Source: Lepidodermella squamata (Eukaryota; Animalia; Gastrotricha). From it: 64,000 nucleotides of DNA. Position numbers and translations under genes: made by a program. The DNA is taken from positions 1,364,001 through 1,428,000 of the forward strand of contig JBLDXI010000009.1 of the NCBI GenBank assembly GCA_047495785.1. Reading direction: 5' to 3'. The notes under the pieces are model-generated. The model did not search any database and was not told the DNA's origin. It saw nothing but the letters and a program-made list of their open reading frames with translations. This document shows positions 13,357 through 26,970 of this stretch, piece by piece. Within the stretch, counting starts at the first letter, position 1. Every line of letters begins with the position of its first letter.

Positions 13357-14985
13357 ATGTTTGAAGCATTTATGCAAGATGCAGCTTCCTCACTGAAATC
13401 ATGGTGGTATCTGATACCTCCCTGCGCGTTCTTCCTCTACGGAACTCAACTCTACATAATTGACTGGTTTCGGAGACTCCCGCCAGGGCCGCGTCCTCTT
13501 CCCTTCATCGGTTAGAAGCCCAGCTGAAGTTTATACGATTGATTTATACTGCTTATTGTTATCATAGGCACGGTTTATCTGCTTAGTGATGACATCAGAA
13601 AGAAACCTTGGCGGCTATTCAAAAAGTTAGGCGATGAATACGGTTCGATTTATACGCTCTACTTTGGCCAAATGCGTACGGTCATCCTGAAGTCCTCCGA
13701 TGTCATTCGGAAAGCTCTGATATTACAAGCAAAGCAATTTGGTTACCGTGCTGATTCATTTATGCCCGGTTACAGTGCTCTGACAGATGGAATAGTCGCC
13801 GCGGATGGCGAGCCTTGGATTAAAAATCGAAGATTCGGCCACAAAGGCTTGCGAGACTTGGGAATGGGGACTAATGTAATGGTGAGTAAGGTTCAGGACG
13901 AAGCTGCTGCCCTCTGCGCAGAAATTGATGGCCGCATTCTCGGCAAGGTCGAACATCATTTTGACAAAATTTTGCAATGCAGTGTTTCTGACGTAATCTA
14001 TGCAATTTGTCTGGGTCAGCGGTTAAACTACGACGACCCCAAGTTCACTGGGCTTCTACGATTGACTACTACTTTTTTCGAACGGCCGTTCAAGGAAAAC
14101 GCCATTTTCTTCGCAATGCCTCTAGCCGCGAGGTTCAAACTTCCACCGCAGGTCGTCGATATCAAGAATGTTGAAGATTACGTTCTTCAGCTTATTAAAG
14201 AAGCTGTCGAAGAACGCCGACCTGTTTTTCATCCTGATAACGTCAGTGATTTTGTCGATCTTTATTTAAGCATGGACGATAAGTCGGCGGTCTCTATGGA
14301 AACTTTCGCAGCAATCATGAGAGACATGCTACTCGCCGGCACGGAAACAACGGTTACAACCATGGTTTGGTCCATTCTCTACTTCTGCAAATGGCCGGAA
14401 CTCCAACGGAAATGCCAAGAGGCTATTGATCAAGTGATAACAACCGATAGCATGCCAACTTTGGACGATCGGAAAAAGTTGGTCTATATCGATGCCGTAA
14501 TGTGCGAAATTTTACGATATGTAACTATCGCGCCTAATGGAATATTCCACGCAACTAAGCATGCCACGGTCGAATTTGAAGGTATAAACTCAATGTCATC
14601 TTTTTTAAATGGGACTATTACGGTGTTCAAATAAGGTTACCGGATTCCTCCAAATACCTGCATTCAATATAACATCTGGGCGGTTCACCACGATGAGAAG
14701 TACTGGAAAGATCCTGAAGTTTTTCGGCCTGAACGTTGGATCGATGATAATGGATCTTTATTGAACCATACGACGCATTTCATGGCTTTTGGACTTGGAC
14801 CTAGAATATGCCTGGGTGAACAGCTTGCTCGACTGGAATATTTCATTTTTGTGGTTGCAATGCTTCAGCGGTACAATTTCGCCTTTCCGAAAGAGGATTA
14901 CGAGGTAGACGTTGACAGTGGCACTCATAGCATCACGAACATTCCGCCCAAGTTTGACGTAATAATCACTCGACGCAACAATTAA
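13357..14985 (+). CDS. CYP2-clan P450 (gene D'); introns 13511-13567, 14582-14635
   Basis: Copy of gene D with its own C-terminal codons and 3' flank. Confidence 0.93.
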
Positions 14986-15848
14986 CATTCGCAACGCAGT
15001 GGTTTTGATGAGTTCAACTTTCACCTCTGAAAGGTGGTACAATATCAAGAAACCTTTCTCTCTGGATCATCCATCTTTGGGTGCATTTGTTCCGTCCTCC
15101 GAGGTAACCCTCTGCAAACTTATAATCAACTTGGCTGTTTTGACCGCTTATTTTTCGAGCGGCCCCTCGGTTTCAATCTGACATGAACCTTCACCGACTA
15201 GCCCCATATTCTGTAATAGCCCTAAATCACGGTAAATTCAATGGTACTAATTACGAATTCAGATTTTCTTAATAAATAAAAGAAATAAAAATATTGCCAC
15301 TTGGATTCTCAGTATAAGGAGAAGGTTATAGCACAAAAAAGCCGCATGGCTGTCGTAGCGGACGTTTCAGGTTGAAAAAAGGTGAATCCTCTATTCCTGT
15401 TATTGTCTCGGCGATCATTATTTTAGCATATTCCTTATTTAATTCTCGACCCGGCTTATTATCTTGGTAGCGTAGAACCACCATTTTTTAGCTTCATTCA
15501 ACTCAAAGTGGCACGAGAATTAAGCAAAAATTTCATGAATGGCAAAAACCACAATTTACATGCAGAAAGCTTTTCGCCTAAAAAAACCTCAAAAGAACCC
15601 TTGAACCCCATACAGTTTCACTCATGTCCCTTTATCCTGGTTCAAATTGCTTCAGCAAATTATGCTTGAAGATAAGGATAATATGGGGTTGTCCTAATTC
15701 CTAATGATCTCATTTATCGGGATTTTTCATTATCCTTTTTTATTTTTTCGTTCATTTACTTTTCTTATTTACTTTGAATTAAGCTTGAAGATAAGGGTGA
15801 TACGGGAACGTAGTTCTTATAATCATAATTTTTTCATTTCAGAAGAAA

Positions 15849-17368
15849 ATGTTAGTAATTATTGCCGGTGTTATTTTCACGATTGGTCTCTACGGATCAT
15901 GGCGTTTTATTCTGGACAAACGGTACCGTCTTCCTCCTGGCCCTATGCCCTTCCCCATCGTTGGCAATGCCGCAAATATGAAGAAAAATCCGAAGCAAAA
16001 ACTGTGGGAAGCACTGCTGGATTTATCGCATAAATACGGCCCAGTTATCACGGTCTATTTAGGCCGACTGCGGCTGATCAACATCAGCGACGCAAAAATT
16101 GCCCATGACGTGCTGGTCGGGCAAGGCAAATCGTTCAACGGCAAGTTGGAACGTCAATTCCCCGGCTTACAATCAATCACCGATGGCATTGTTTTCGCTA
16201 ATGATGAGCAGTGGGTCAGGAATCGAAGGTTCGCGCTTAGAGCCTTTCGAGAGTTCGGTAAATTATTGAGATTTATCTCAAATCCACCTTAATCTTTTGC
16301 TTTTAAGGTATGGGCAAAGAAGTGATGGTTACAAAGATTCACGAGGAAATTCCTTATCTAATTGATGAATTAGAAGCATGTGCCAAACGAGGCGAAAAAT
16401 TCGACCCAGCCACCGCGATAACAAATGCCATTTTCAACATGGTCTGTTCTTTGATGTTGGGGAAGAGATTCGATTCAGCCGATCCGATATTCAAAAAAGT
16501 CGTGTTTTACACTCACGTTTTCACGGCGCAGAGAACAGCTGAAAATTTCTTGTACTCACTGATTCCAGGGCTGCATCACGTGCGCTTGCCCACCGGAATG
16601 AGGTATTTACGCGATTTTCGATCAATGACCCGGGAATTATTGGAAAAAGCTGTCGAAGACCATCGTACTGATTTCAACGTAAATTCGATTCGAGATTTTG
16701 CTGATTTATTCATCAAATACGAGCAGCAAGACAATGCGATTGACATGGACTCACTCATTGACATCATGATTGACCTATTTATCGCTGGAACTGAAACAAC
16801 ATCGACCCTCCTAATTTGGACCTTGTTCTTCCTGACGAAGGACCTTGATATCCAAGCGAAATGCCACGCAGCGATTGATGCCGCTATTGATACTGATCGA
16901 TTGCCAACCATGGCTGACAGAGAACGACTCATCTATGTTGAATCAGTCATTCAAGAAACTTTGCGTCGAGTCACCATAGCTCCTTTGGGGGCTTTTCACT
17001 CAAATTTGGGCGAGAAAGCGGAGATATCAGGGTACGAAATTCCGCCGAATTCTCTGGTAACCGTCAACTACTGGGCTATCCACCACAACTCGGACTATTG
17101 GGACGAGCCGTACGTCTATAAGCCCGAGAGGTGGATTGATAATGACGGCAAAAGGATAGCTCATTCAAGTCATTTCATGGCTTTTGGCCTCGGTCCAAGA
17201 TTGTGCGTTGGCGAATCCCTGGCCAGGATGGAAGCCTTTTTATTTCTAGCAGCAATTCTCCATCGATTTTCGTTCAAATTAGCCACGCCTGAAGTGACTT
17301 ACGACGATGGAAACGATGGATTCTCGCATGGATTTCCTAATTTTTTGGTTGAAGCATCCTCGCGCTGA
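15849..17368 (+). CDS. CYP2-clan P450 (gene E); single intron 16258-16307
   Basis: PPGP, AGTETT, ETLR, PERW, FGLGPRLCVG. Confidence 0.93.
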
Positions 17369-17723
17369 TGTCCAAATTGGTGTTATAAATGCCGTGTACT
17401 GATTTACGAGGTCATTTTTCTGTTGATATCCGTTTATTTCTCACTCCATAGTCCATAGTGGCTGCTTTGCTCTGTTATTGTTTGAATGACGTGAGGAATG
17501 CGCAGTTACCCATATAGAGCGCGGGTTATTTTCTAGGTCAAAATAAATATTTCCGGCTTTAATTATTCGGATTTTTACGTAATAATGAGCCGAAAACGCA
17601 AAAATAATTTGTAACCGCGAATATACACAAAGCGTAGCCTATATAGCGACATATTCACCCTGGACTGATATGTACTGGCGCATGTTGTAATATACGATAA
17701 GGAGAGTGCATGCAAAAAATTTC

Positions 17724-17745
17724 ATTATTATTATTATTATTATTA
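17724..17745. repeat. (ATT)n microsatellite
   Basis: About 7 perfect ATT units. Confidence 0.8.
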
Positions 17746-17971
17746 CGATGTTCATCGACCGCAATGAGCGTAATATATTACTGCTACTACTACTGCTATA
17801 ATATAGAGAAACAGCGTGAACGTCGCCTGTAGTATACTGCCATACAAATGACAGCCTGAAATATTAGAATTGACACACAAGTCGGAAACGCGATTCCATC
17901 AAATCACAGTGAAATCACACTGGGTTGTCAACAGTTTACCTCTTCTCATTTTCGAAATTTACACCTGAAAA

Positions 17972-19450
17972 ATGTTGCTTGTCATCGGTGCGATTGCCGC
18001 GTCAGTCCTAGCCCTGAATTACATCAAGGTATACCTCAGCGATAAAAGATACCGCCTGCCTCCTGGCCCTACGCCAGTTCCTTTCTTCGGAAATCTCTTC
18101 CATCTATTCGCTGATGGGAAGAAGCCTGTGCTATGGAAAACCTTTGCGGACCTAGCTAAAAAGTACGGCGATGTTATAACGTTCTACATGGGCCCTATTC
18201 GAGTGATCGGCCTGAATGACGCCAAAATCATCCACCATACTTTGGTCGATCAAAGTAAGACATTCAGCTGGCGGCTCGATCGATTAATCCCAGGCTTCGA
18301 AACGGCTGGAAACGGAATAGTTCTCGCTAACCACGAAATATGGCGTAAACACCGTCGCTTCGGATTGAAAGCCATGCGAGATTTCGGAATGGGCAAGGAA
18401 GTCATGGTCGTTAAAATTCAGGAAGAAGTTCACCATCTGCTCACCGAGTTCGATAACGCTCTTCGATCGGGAAAGACATTCAACGCTCGGTCGATTATTG
18501 TTAATGCAGTTTCTAACGTGATTTGCTCACTGGTTTTCGGGGATCGCTTCGAGCTGAAAGATGAGAAGTTTTTGCGGTTAGTCACATACGTCGAGACCCT
18601 GGTCGGTAAATCCCACGCTGAGAGCACGTTATTCATCATATTTCCTTGGCTATCTAAAATCGCGAGACCAAGCCAGATGAAGATTTTCCATTTAATGAAG
18701 AAGGAGGTTCAAGAACTTCTATCCACTTCAATAGAAGAGCACAAGAAAGACCATGACCCGGAAAATATTCGAGATTTTCCCGATCTTTTCATCGAGCAGC
18801 AATTGACGAATGGCGACCCGCTTGATCTTGACGAATTCGTTGACATTATGATTGACATGTTTGCAGCTGGAACTGATACAACGACGAACTCAATTCTCTG
18901 GACGTTGCTGTATTTGACACTGTATCCTGACATTCAAAGGCGCTGCCAGGATGAGATAGACCGCGTTATTGATACAGATCGATTGCCAACCTCGAGTGAC
19001 CGGCTTCGGCTGGTCTATCTCGACGCAGTCATGCATGAGGTGCTGCGGCATGCCACGATTATTCCGACGAATTTGATGCATTCAAACGTGGGCGAGCACG
19101 GCCAAATCGCTGGCTACGACGTTCCGCCAAACTCCTTCGTGCTGTACAACACAACAGCGTTACACCACAACGCAGAGTATTGGAAAAACCCGGATGTATT
19201 CGACCCGGATCGATGGATTGATGAAAATGGGAAATTATTGCTCCATTCTTCGCATTACATGCCGTTCGGTATTGGCCCGCGTGTTTGCCTCGGTGAAGGC
19301 CTCGCTAAGGTTGAGTATTTCATCTTCGTAGTCGCAATATTGCATCGGTATAACATCCGATTGGCTACGCCAGGTGCTCGAGCTGAAGACGGCAGCCACG
19401 GTCTAGTGCACAAGCCGCCATATTTTGAAATCGCAATCGAAAGCAGATAA
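17972..19450 (+). CDS. Intronless CYP2-clan P450 (gene F), 492 aa
   Basis: Single ORF with PPGP, AGTDTT, EVLR, PDRW, FGIGPRVCLG. Confidence 0.96.
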   Translation: MLLVIGAIAASVLALNYIKVYLSDKRYRLPPGPTPVPFFGNLFHLFADGKKPVLWKTFADLAKKYGDVITFYMGPIRVIGLNDAKIIHHTLVDQSKTFSWRLDRLIPGFETAGNGIVLANHEIWRKHRRFGLKAMRDFGMGKEVMVVKIQEEVHHLLTEFDNALRSGKTFNARSIIVNAVSNVICSLVFGDRFELKDEKFLRLVTYVETLVGKSHAESTLFIIFPWLSKIARPSQMKIFHLMKKEVQELLSTSIEEHKKDHDPENIRDFPDLFIEQQLTNGDPLDLDEFVDIMIDMFAAGTDTTTNSILWTLLYLTLYPDIQRRCQDEIDRVIDTDRLPTSSDRLRLVYLDAVMHEVLRHATIIPTNLMHSNVGEHGQIAGYDVPPNSFVLYNTTALHHNAEYWKNPDVFDPDRWIDENGKLLLHSSHYMPFGIGPRVCLGEGLAKVEYFIFVVAILHRYNIRLATPGARAEDGSHGLVHKPPYFEIAIESR

Positions 19451-19946
19451 TTAGCTGATATTCATCAGTATTGTAATGCGGCAATGAAACTTATTTTTAG
19501 TAGTTTACCTGTGAAACACGTGTTGATAATCATTTTTAGCAGCACTCAACTATGACTGAGTATAATAACTTTCAGTGTTTTCAGGCAAATAAACTATTCG
19601 TATCAAACTGATAAAACTTCTTATGGTTTTTTACCACTTTTATCCAGGAGCTGTAGAATGAATATCAAAAAATAGCGTAATGTCCACAAGGTGTGATGGG
19701 CAAATCCTATTGCTCCTGTCCTTTTAGGACAGAACAGCATGCATTATTATACTGCGCCGTCGCGGCTTTAGCAAACAAGTACTTGTATAGTTTTTTTCTT
19801 GTAAAAGCGTGTTTCCATTGAGTTGTTCGAGTTTGTGCATGGCTTGAGGACTTTTTCTGTTATGATCCGGCGACATGTCCACATACAGAGCCTTTATAAA
19901 CGCTGACAGAAGATGGCTGTCACTTATTCGAAATTAATTTCCCTAC

Positions 19947-21627
19947 ATGATGGAGCTTCTTAACGGCGAGGTTTTCAAGCAGTTTGTCAAAAGCTACTGG
20001 CAATATATGGTGCCAAGTCTTGTTGTATTCTATGGCTCTTACAAATACATTCTCGACATTTTCTATCGCCTACCTCCAGGACCTTTCCCAGTGCCGTTCA
20101 TAGGTTGGCGAATTGCTTAGTAATTTTCATTTTAATTCATGCGATTTTTGCAATAGGCAGTGCTTGGGTCTTTGCATTTAAGAAAAAGACTCAAAAGGCA
20201 CCTGATATGATCATGGAACTGGCTGAAAAATACGGCCCTATCATGACTATGTACATGGGCCCAACTCGAGCTTTGTTTATCAACGACGCGAAATTGATTC
20301 ACCAAGTCCTAGCGGAGCAGGGCAAGAACTACAGCGGTCGACTTGAGCGGCGTCTACCCGGCCTTGAAACTTTGGGCGAGGGCATAGTCCTAGCCAATGA
20401 AGAGGCATGGCGGCGAAATCGGCGATTCGGTCTAAGGGCAATGCGTGATTTCGGCATGGGCAAAGAGGCCATGGTTCTTAAAATTCAAGAGGAAGCCATG
20501 CATCTTGTTGCCGATCTTGAAGAGATAGCAGCTAAAGGCGAAGCAATTTTTCCCCGTGAACGATTAATCGGGGCCATCTCCAATGTTATCTGCTCGCTGG
20601 TCTTCGGAAAACGGTAATTTCTTTCATATATCGCCGGAAATTTATCAAAAATTCCTATTATTCCTTAAAGGTACCAAGATCCGAAAGATCCTGAATTCTG
20701 GGATTTAATCCATCGACTTGACCGGCTTTCTAACACCCAAAGCGCTGATGCCATCATGATGTCCCTTATTCCAGCGCTGAAATATTTCCGAACTCCTAAA
20801 CCCGTAAGTAACGCCTTCAGAAATCGATAAATATTTTTATCTGATAACCCCATCAGATTCGGGAATTTAACGAATACGATAGCATAATTTCGAACATGGT
20901 CGCCAAAATTATTGAGGAACACCGCAAAGATTTCGACCCGGAGAACATTCGAGATTTTCCCGACTTGTTCATTCAAGCGGAACTTCAGGGCGATGCAATC
21001 AGCTTGAAACATTTCGGGCACATCATGACTGATATGTTCGGAGCCGGAACTGAGACGACTGCAACGTCTTTGACTTGGACTTTCCTAATTTTGACGAAAT
21101 ATCCGGAGATCCAGCGCAAGTGCCAAGAAGCAATTGATGCCGTAATCGATACTGATAGGATGCCGACAACGAAAGATCGGCCTAAGCTGGTTTACCTGGA
21201 TGCTGTTTTGAATGAAACGCTTAGATTTGTGAACGTCCTCCCTCTCGGGCTTGGCCATTCAAACCTGGACACAGCGTCTAAAATCGGCGACTACGACGTC
21301 CCACCAAATACGATGCTCATGTACAACGCCTACAAAGTTCACATGGATGCTGGTTATTGGAAGAACCCTCAAGTTTTCGACCCTGAACGCTGGATCGGCC
21401 CTGATGGCAATCTGCTGAATCACTCAATGCATTTTTTACCGTTCGGCGTTGGACCGCGAATTTGCATGGGCGAAACGCTAGCTAGGGCTGAATACTTCAT
21501 CTTCCTAACAGCAATTCTGCATCGCTTCACCTTCCAACTTGAGACGAAAGACGTGTCATTTTCCGACTGCAAAATGGGAATGGTCAACGCCAGCCCTGAG
21601 TACAAAGTTACTTTGAAACGCCGCTGA
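19947..21627 (+). CDS. CYP2-clan P450 (gene G); introns 20104-20156, 20614-20670, 20804-20856
   Basis: Splicing gives a continuous frame with all motifs; TATAAA at 19895. Confidence 0.92.
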
Positions 21628-21845
21628 TAGGAATTTTTTTTATAATTTTTCAAAATCTTATTTTCATGCGCATTTGCATTGATTTTTTTCTATAAGCGTG
21701 ATGAATAAAGGACGCATAAAAAAGCATGTTTTTTTGTCGGGCGCAGCCGGTTAAAAACTGTCCAGAACTGAATGTTATCTAGCTTTATAAATAGCCCGCG
21801 CATTGGGCTATGAAACGCATTTCTGTATTTTTACTTCTGAAAATA

Positions 21846-23425
21846 ATGATCGAAATATTTGGTCTGATCTCTGGCGGCTGTTTCCTCTTGTACGGTGTCT
21901 TCAAATACCTATCAGACAAACGATACAAGCTGCCGCCTGGTCCCACGCCCCTACCATTCATCGGTAACATCGGTTTGATAGCGGCTAATCCTAGCAAGAA
22001 AATGTGGGAGGTCATGCGAGATGTGGCTGAAAAGTACGGCCCTGTGTTCACAATGTACCTAGGCCAGCTTCGAATGGTCGGTTTGAATGATTCAGCAATC
22101 ATTCACGACACGCTGGTCAACCAGTCGAAAGTATTCAATTGGCGATTCGAAACGGCAATGCCTGGGTTTGAAAATATCCCGGTTGGAATTATCGGGGCTA
22201 ATCACGAAACTTGGCGCACTAGAAGACGATTCGGTTTGAAAGCAATGCGAGATTTTGGTAATTAATGCTAAAATGCTAGGTAAAATCCAGCCTAATTTAT
22301 ACCTTGAATACAGGCATGGGGAAGGAGGCTATGGTTGTAAAGATTCAAGAGGAAATCGGCCATTTGTTGGAGGAATTGGCTAAACGGTCAGGCACCCCAT
22401 TCAACCCTAAACGACTCCTGACGAATACTGTCTCAAATGTGATTTGCTCACTTGTCGTCGGGAAAAGATACGAATACAACGACAACAAATTTCAAAAGTT
22501 GCTAGGCTTAATCGACGAGTTGGTCGTGCAGAGACCTGGTAGCAGCCTTTGGTTCCCTATTTTCCCGTTCATGAGCCGCCTGATCCAACCTAGCCAAGCG
22601 AAGAAATTCATCGCCCTTGAGCACTTGGTAATCGGCCTGGTAACTGATGCGGTCGAAGAACATCGAAGCGACTACAACTCGGACAGCATTCGCGACTTCC
22701 CTGATTTGTTCATCCAAATGGAAGGCAAGCCCGATGCCATGGACTATACATCGTTCAGCAACATCATGGCTGATTTCTTCATCGCGGGTACTGAAACAAC
22801 TTCAACCGCCCTAACTTGGACGCTGCTCTATTTGGGCAAGTATCCTGAGATTCAGCGAAAGTGCCATGACGCAATCGACTCAGTCATCGACACGGACCGA
22901 TTGCCAACTAATGCCGATCGTCAAAATCTGTGCTACATCGATGCAGTCATGTGTGAAGTTCTGCGCCATGTCACTATTGTCCCAATGTCGCTATTTCATA
23001 CAAATCTGGATACACCGGCGAATATCACAGGTAAGATCGTAAAATTGACCTTTTGTTAACTCAGGATTGAATTCCTTATTTCAGGTTATGATATACCACC
23101 GTTTACTATTATCATGTACAACGTAAGCGCCTTGCATCACGAGGCAAATTACTGGGGCGATCCTGAAGTATTTCGGCCTGAGCGATGGATAGACAAAGAT
23201 ACAGGAAAATTGCTGTATCACTCGTCCCACTTCATGCCGTTCGGCCTAGGTCCACGGGTGTGTCTTGGAGAAACCTTGGCTCGCATGGAGTACTTTTTGT
23301 TTCTCACTGCCATGCTTCATCGATTCAAGTTTTCACTCAAGACTGATTACAGCTTGAAAAGCAGTGGCATGGGAGTTATCAACACGGCGCCATTCTACGA
23401 AATTCAAGTCGATCCTAGATTGTAA
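21846..23425 (+). CDS. CYP2-clan P450 (gene H); introns 22258-22313, 23031-23084
   Basis: All motifs present; TATAAATA at 21786. Confidence 0.92.
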
Positions 23426-23620
23426 CAAAACTATAAATTGTTGCCATTATTAAATGAAATCTAGAATCTAGATAAGAATGAAGTAAACGATTTGTGTATC
23501 TCCACGAGATAACGGCAAGTCCTGCGACTTAAAAATGGGATGACGATAGGAAACTATGATAAGGAACCATAAATCCCAAAACCTCAAGAGCCGTAAAGGA
23601 AGATTTTTGTAACAATCAGA

Positions 23621-25143
23621 ATGTTGGAAAAGGTATTGCCAGTAGCTGCTTCAGCTGGTGCTGGATTGCTGATATATGGAAGCTATGGCTTTATTCTTGA
23701 TAAACGTTACAAGCTACCACCTGGTCCTATCCCGCTTCCATTCATCGGTGAGCTTCACGTCATTGAAATGACCACAAATTTCTACATAATCGAATTTAGG
23801 GAACACGCTGCAAATGCAATTGGATGAAGATGGGAAAGTTACGTGGAAAGCTTTTCGAAATTTCGCCAAGAAATACGGCCCCATTTTTACATTCTACTTG
23901 GGGCAATATAGGCTGATTTGCCTGAACAGCGCCGAGTTGATTCAAGAAGTTCTTGTTGGTCAAGCGAAAAATTTCAGTTGGCGACAGGATACCTATTTAC
24001 CCGGTTTTGAATCATTGCCAGTCGGAGTGACAAGTTCAAATTACGATGAGTGGAAAAATAGACGTCGATTTTGTTTGAAAGCTCTGCGAGACTTTGGCAT
24101 GGGAAAAACAGGAATGGTCGAAAAAATCCAGGAAGAAATAGGGATCTTACTCGATGAAGAATGTTAACCAGCCTTTCATCCCGAAAAGACTGTTTGCTAA
24201 CGCTGTTTCTAACGTAATTTGCTCGTTAGTCTTCGGGAAGAGGTTCGAATACACTGACGCAAGCTTTCAGCGACTTTTAGCCTTAGTCGAAGAATTTGTG
24301 AAAACAGATTGGGACGAAGATGGCATTTTCATGGTTCTTCCTTTCATGAAGCATTTAAAATCACCCATCCAGCTTGGTTACATGAATAAGTTCAGCGAAT
24401 TCGTGACTGAAATGTTGCAAGCCGCTGTTGAAGAACATCGGAAAGATTTCGATTCTAGCAATATCAGAGATTTTCCAGACATGTTCATTCAAGCTGAGAG
24501 CCAGCCTGATGCTCTGAACCAGCAGGCGTTTAACAACATGATGGTAGACCTGTTCTTGGCTGGAACTGAAACCACATCAACTGCCTTGACTTGGACTCTG
24601 CTTTACCTAGGCAATCATCCTGAGATTCAGCAGAAATGTCATGACGCAATTGATCGAGTTATCGACACTAATCGGTTGCCTGAGGTTGAGGATAGGCTAC
24701 GCCTGGTCTACATCGATGCTGTCATGTGCGAAGTCCTTCGTCACGTCACTATTGTGCCATTAGCTCTGTTTCATTCAAACTTGGAGAACCACAGCGTAGT
24801 CAGAGGGTATGACATCCCGCCGTTTTCCATGATCGCTTACAACGTCAGCGCAGTTCATCACGATGCAAGCTACTGGGGTGATCCTGAAACCTTTCGACCC
24901 GAACGATGGATAGATGAAAAAGGAATGCTACTACAACACGCGGCTCATTTCATGCCTTTTGGAATCGGCCCGCGAGTTTGCTTGGGTGAGACATTGGCCA
25001 AGGTGGAGTATTTCCTTTTCGTTGTTGCTATGCTTCATCGATTCAAATTTACGCTGAAAACGCCGGTCAGTGTTGATTCTGGAGTTCCAGGTATGGTACA
25101 CGTGCCACCTTCCTTCGAAATTATAGCTGAAAGCAGATGGTGA
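23621..25143 (+). pseudogene. CYP2-clan P450 (gene I) with a frameshift near 24158; intron 23748-23799
   Basis: ILLDE and KNVNQPF are in different frames, whereas paralog J reads ILLDELAKSTNKPF. No GT-AG intron can bridge it. Confidence 0.8.
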
Positions 25144-25465
25144 AAACCCCTCGTAAACCGTGTAATTAAAATTCATTTCAAATTTGCATGTAAATACAAG
25201 CTTTTAGATCAGTTCCGTCAATAAAACCGTGTCGCAAATGAGGATCGATTTGTCGTTGTATAAGAAGCAATACGAGCCTTTTCATTAGGAATTTTGTATG
25301 TATAGCCAAAATGCTCTCGTCTTTCAAACCAGTATATAGCATGCGGTTTTTTTACAATTCCCTTGGCTTGTTTCGTGTTTTCATGTGCGTCTTATTATTT
25401 TCGCGATAAGAGAAAAAATAGCAAAGCAGTTTTTCCAGTTGTACCCATTGAATCCTATATAGAGT

Positions 25466-26941
25466 ATGATTTACGAAGCTTTGCCTTATTTGGTGCCACT
25501 TGGTTGTTTGTGGCTTTACTATGGCATGCATTTCTACCTATCCGATCGTAAATACCGCTTGCCACCCGGGCCTCGACCTCTGCCATTCATCGGCTGCCTC
25601 GGAGTTGTCGCTTCCAATCCTGGAAGAAAAATCTGGAAAATCTACCGTGATCTTGCTGAAAAATACGGCAACGTCTTCACCTTATACATGGGCCAATGCC
25701 GCATTATTGGGCTGAATGACGCGAAAATCATACACGATACTTTGGTGAATCAGTCTAAAGTTTTCAGCTGGCGGCAAGATACCCACATGCCAGGCTGTGA
25801 AATCATTCCTTCTGGCATCATCACAGCCAATCATGAAATGTGGCAAAAGCGGCGTAGATTCGGTCTCAAGGCTATGCGAGACTTTGGTATGGGCAAAGAA
25901 GCGATGGTCGCGAAAATTCAGGAGGAAGTCGGCATTTTGCTAGATGAACTTGCGAAATCAACGAATAAACCATTCGACCCACGGCTACTGGTTACGAATG
26001 CAGTTTCCAACGTGATTTGCTCGTTGGTTTTCGGGAAACGGTTCGACTACGACAACGCTGATTTCCACCGAGTTCTATCAAGAGTCGACGCTATAGTCAA
26101 TTCCTACATCGACGATATCGTGCTTTTCCTAATGTGCCCAGCGCTGAAATACATCAAATCACCAAGTAAAACTGCGAGGTTTCTGGACCTTCAGAAGGTA
26201 GTTCGAGAGCTTGTGACTCTCGCTGTTAAAGAACATCGCGAAGACTTCAACGCAGACAACATTCGCGATTTCCCTGACCTGTTCATCCTAACTGAAATGC
26301 AGGAAGATTCGATAGATTTCGACGCATTTTGCTACGTTATGACTGATCTATTTTTAGCTGGATCTGAAACTACGGCAACTGCAATTACCTGGACAATGCT
26401 TTACTTATCAACCTATCCTGATATTCAACTGAAATGCCACGAGGCTATTGAAGCAGCTATAGATACTGACCGATTGCCTACTACGGCAGATCGATCGAAG
26501 CTGGTTTACATCGACGCAGTTATGAACGAAATTTTCCGTCATGTCAGCATTGTTCCGATGGGCCTGTTTCATTCGAATCTCGACGAGAAAGCAACGATTA
26601 GTGGCTACGACATCCCACCGTTTTCTGTCATCATGTACAACGCTGCGGCTGTTCATCACGACGCGGATTACTGGCAGGAGCCTGATGTCTTCAAACCAGA
26701 ACGATGGATTGGCGATGATGGGAAGCTACTGTCGCATTCATCTCATTTCATACCGTTCGGGCTTGGTCCTCGAATCTGCCTAGGCGAAACTCTAGCCAAG
26801 ACTGAATATTTCCTATTTGCTACAGCTATTCTTCACCGCTTCAAGTTGTCGCTTAAGGAATCTGTTGATATCGATACTGGTTTGATCGGAGTTATTCACT
26901 CGCCACCCAAGTTCGAACTTGTCCTTGAAAGTCGGCAATAG
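25466..26941 (+). CDS. Intronless CYP2-clan P450 (gene J), 491 aa
   Basis: Single ORF with AGSETT, EIFR, PERW, FGLGPRICLG. Confidence 0.96.
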   Translation: MIYEALPYLVPLGCLWLYYGMHFYLSDRKYRLPPGPRPLPFIGCLGVVASNPGRKIWKIYRDLAEKYGNVFTLYMGQCRIIGLNDAKIIHDTLVNQSKVFSWRQDTHMPGCEIIPSGIITANHEMWQKRRRFGLKAMRDFGMGKEAMVAKIQEEVGILLDELAKSTNKPFDPRLLVTNAVSNVICSLVFGKRFDYDNADFHRVLSRVDAIVNSYIDDIVLFLMCPALKYIKSPSKTARFLDLQKVVRELVTLAVKEHREDFNADNIRDFPDLFILTEMQEDSIDFDAFCYVMTDLFLAGSETTATAITWTMLYLSTYPDIQLKCHEAIEAAIDTDRLPTTADRSKLVYIDAVMNEIFRHVSIVPMGLFHSNLDEKATISGYDIPPFSVIMYNAAAVHHDADYWQEPDVFKPERWIGDDGKLLSHSSHFIPFGLGPRICLGETLAKTEYFLFATAILHRFKLSLKESVDIDTGLIGVIHSPPKFELVLESRQ

Positions 26942-26970
26942 CTTTATTTTTCCTGATAAATTACTTTTAT

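Larger units (their letters stand above)
5357..14957 (+). repeat. Near-identical tandem segmental duplication, period 4,788 bp (two P450 genes per unit)
   Basis: ORFs recur at +4788 (5827/10615, 8884/13672) and intergenic DNA is essentially identical. Differences seen by eye at 5423/10211 and 7194/11982. Confidence 0.95.

Noticed and set aside
24154-24167. Programmed ribosomal frameshift in gene I
   Set aside because: There is no slippery heptamer, and about two residues are missing relative to paralogs, which indicates a deletion.
17972-26941. Horizontal transfer or processed retrocopy origin of intronless genes F and J
   Set aside because: Both are clear paralogs of their neighbours with membrane anchors and the same orientation; no poly(A) tail or TSD was seen.
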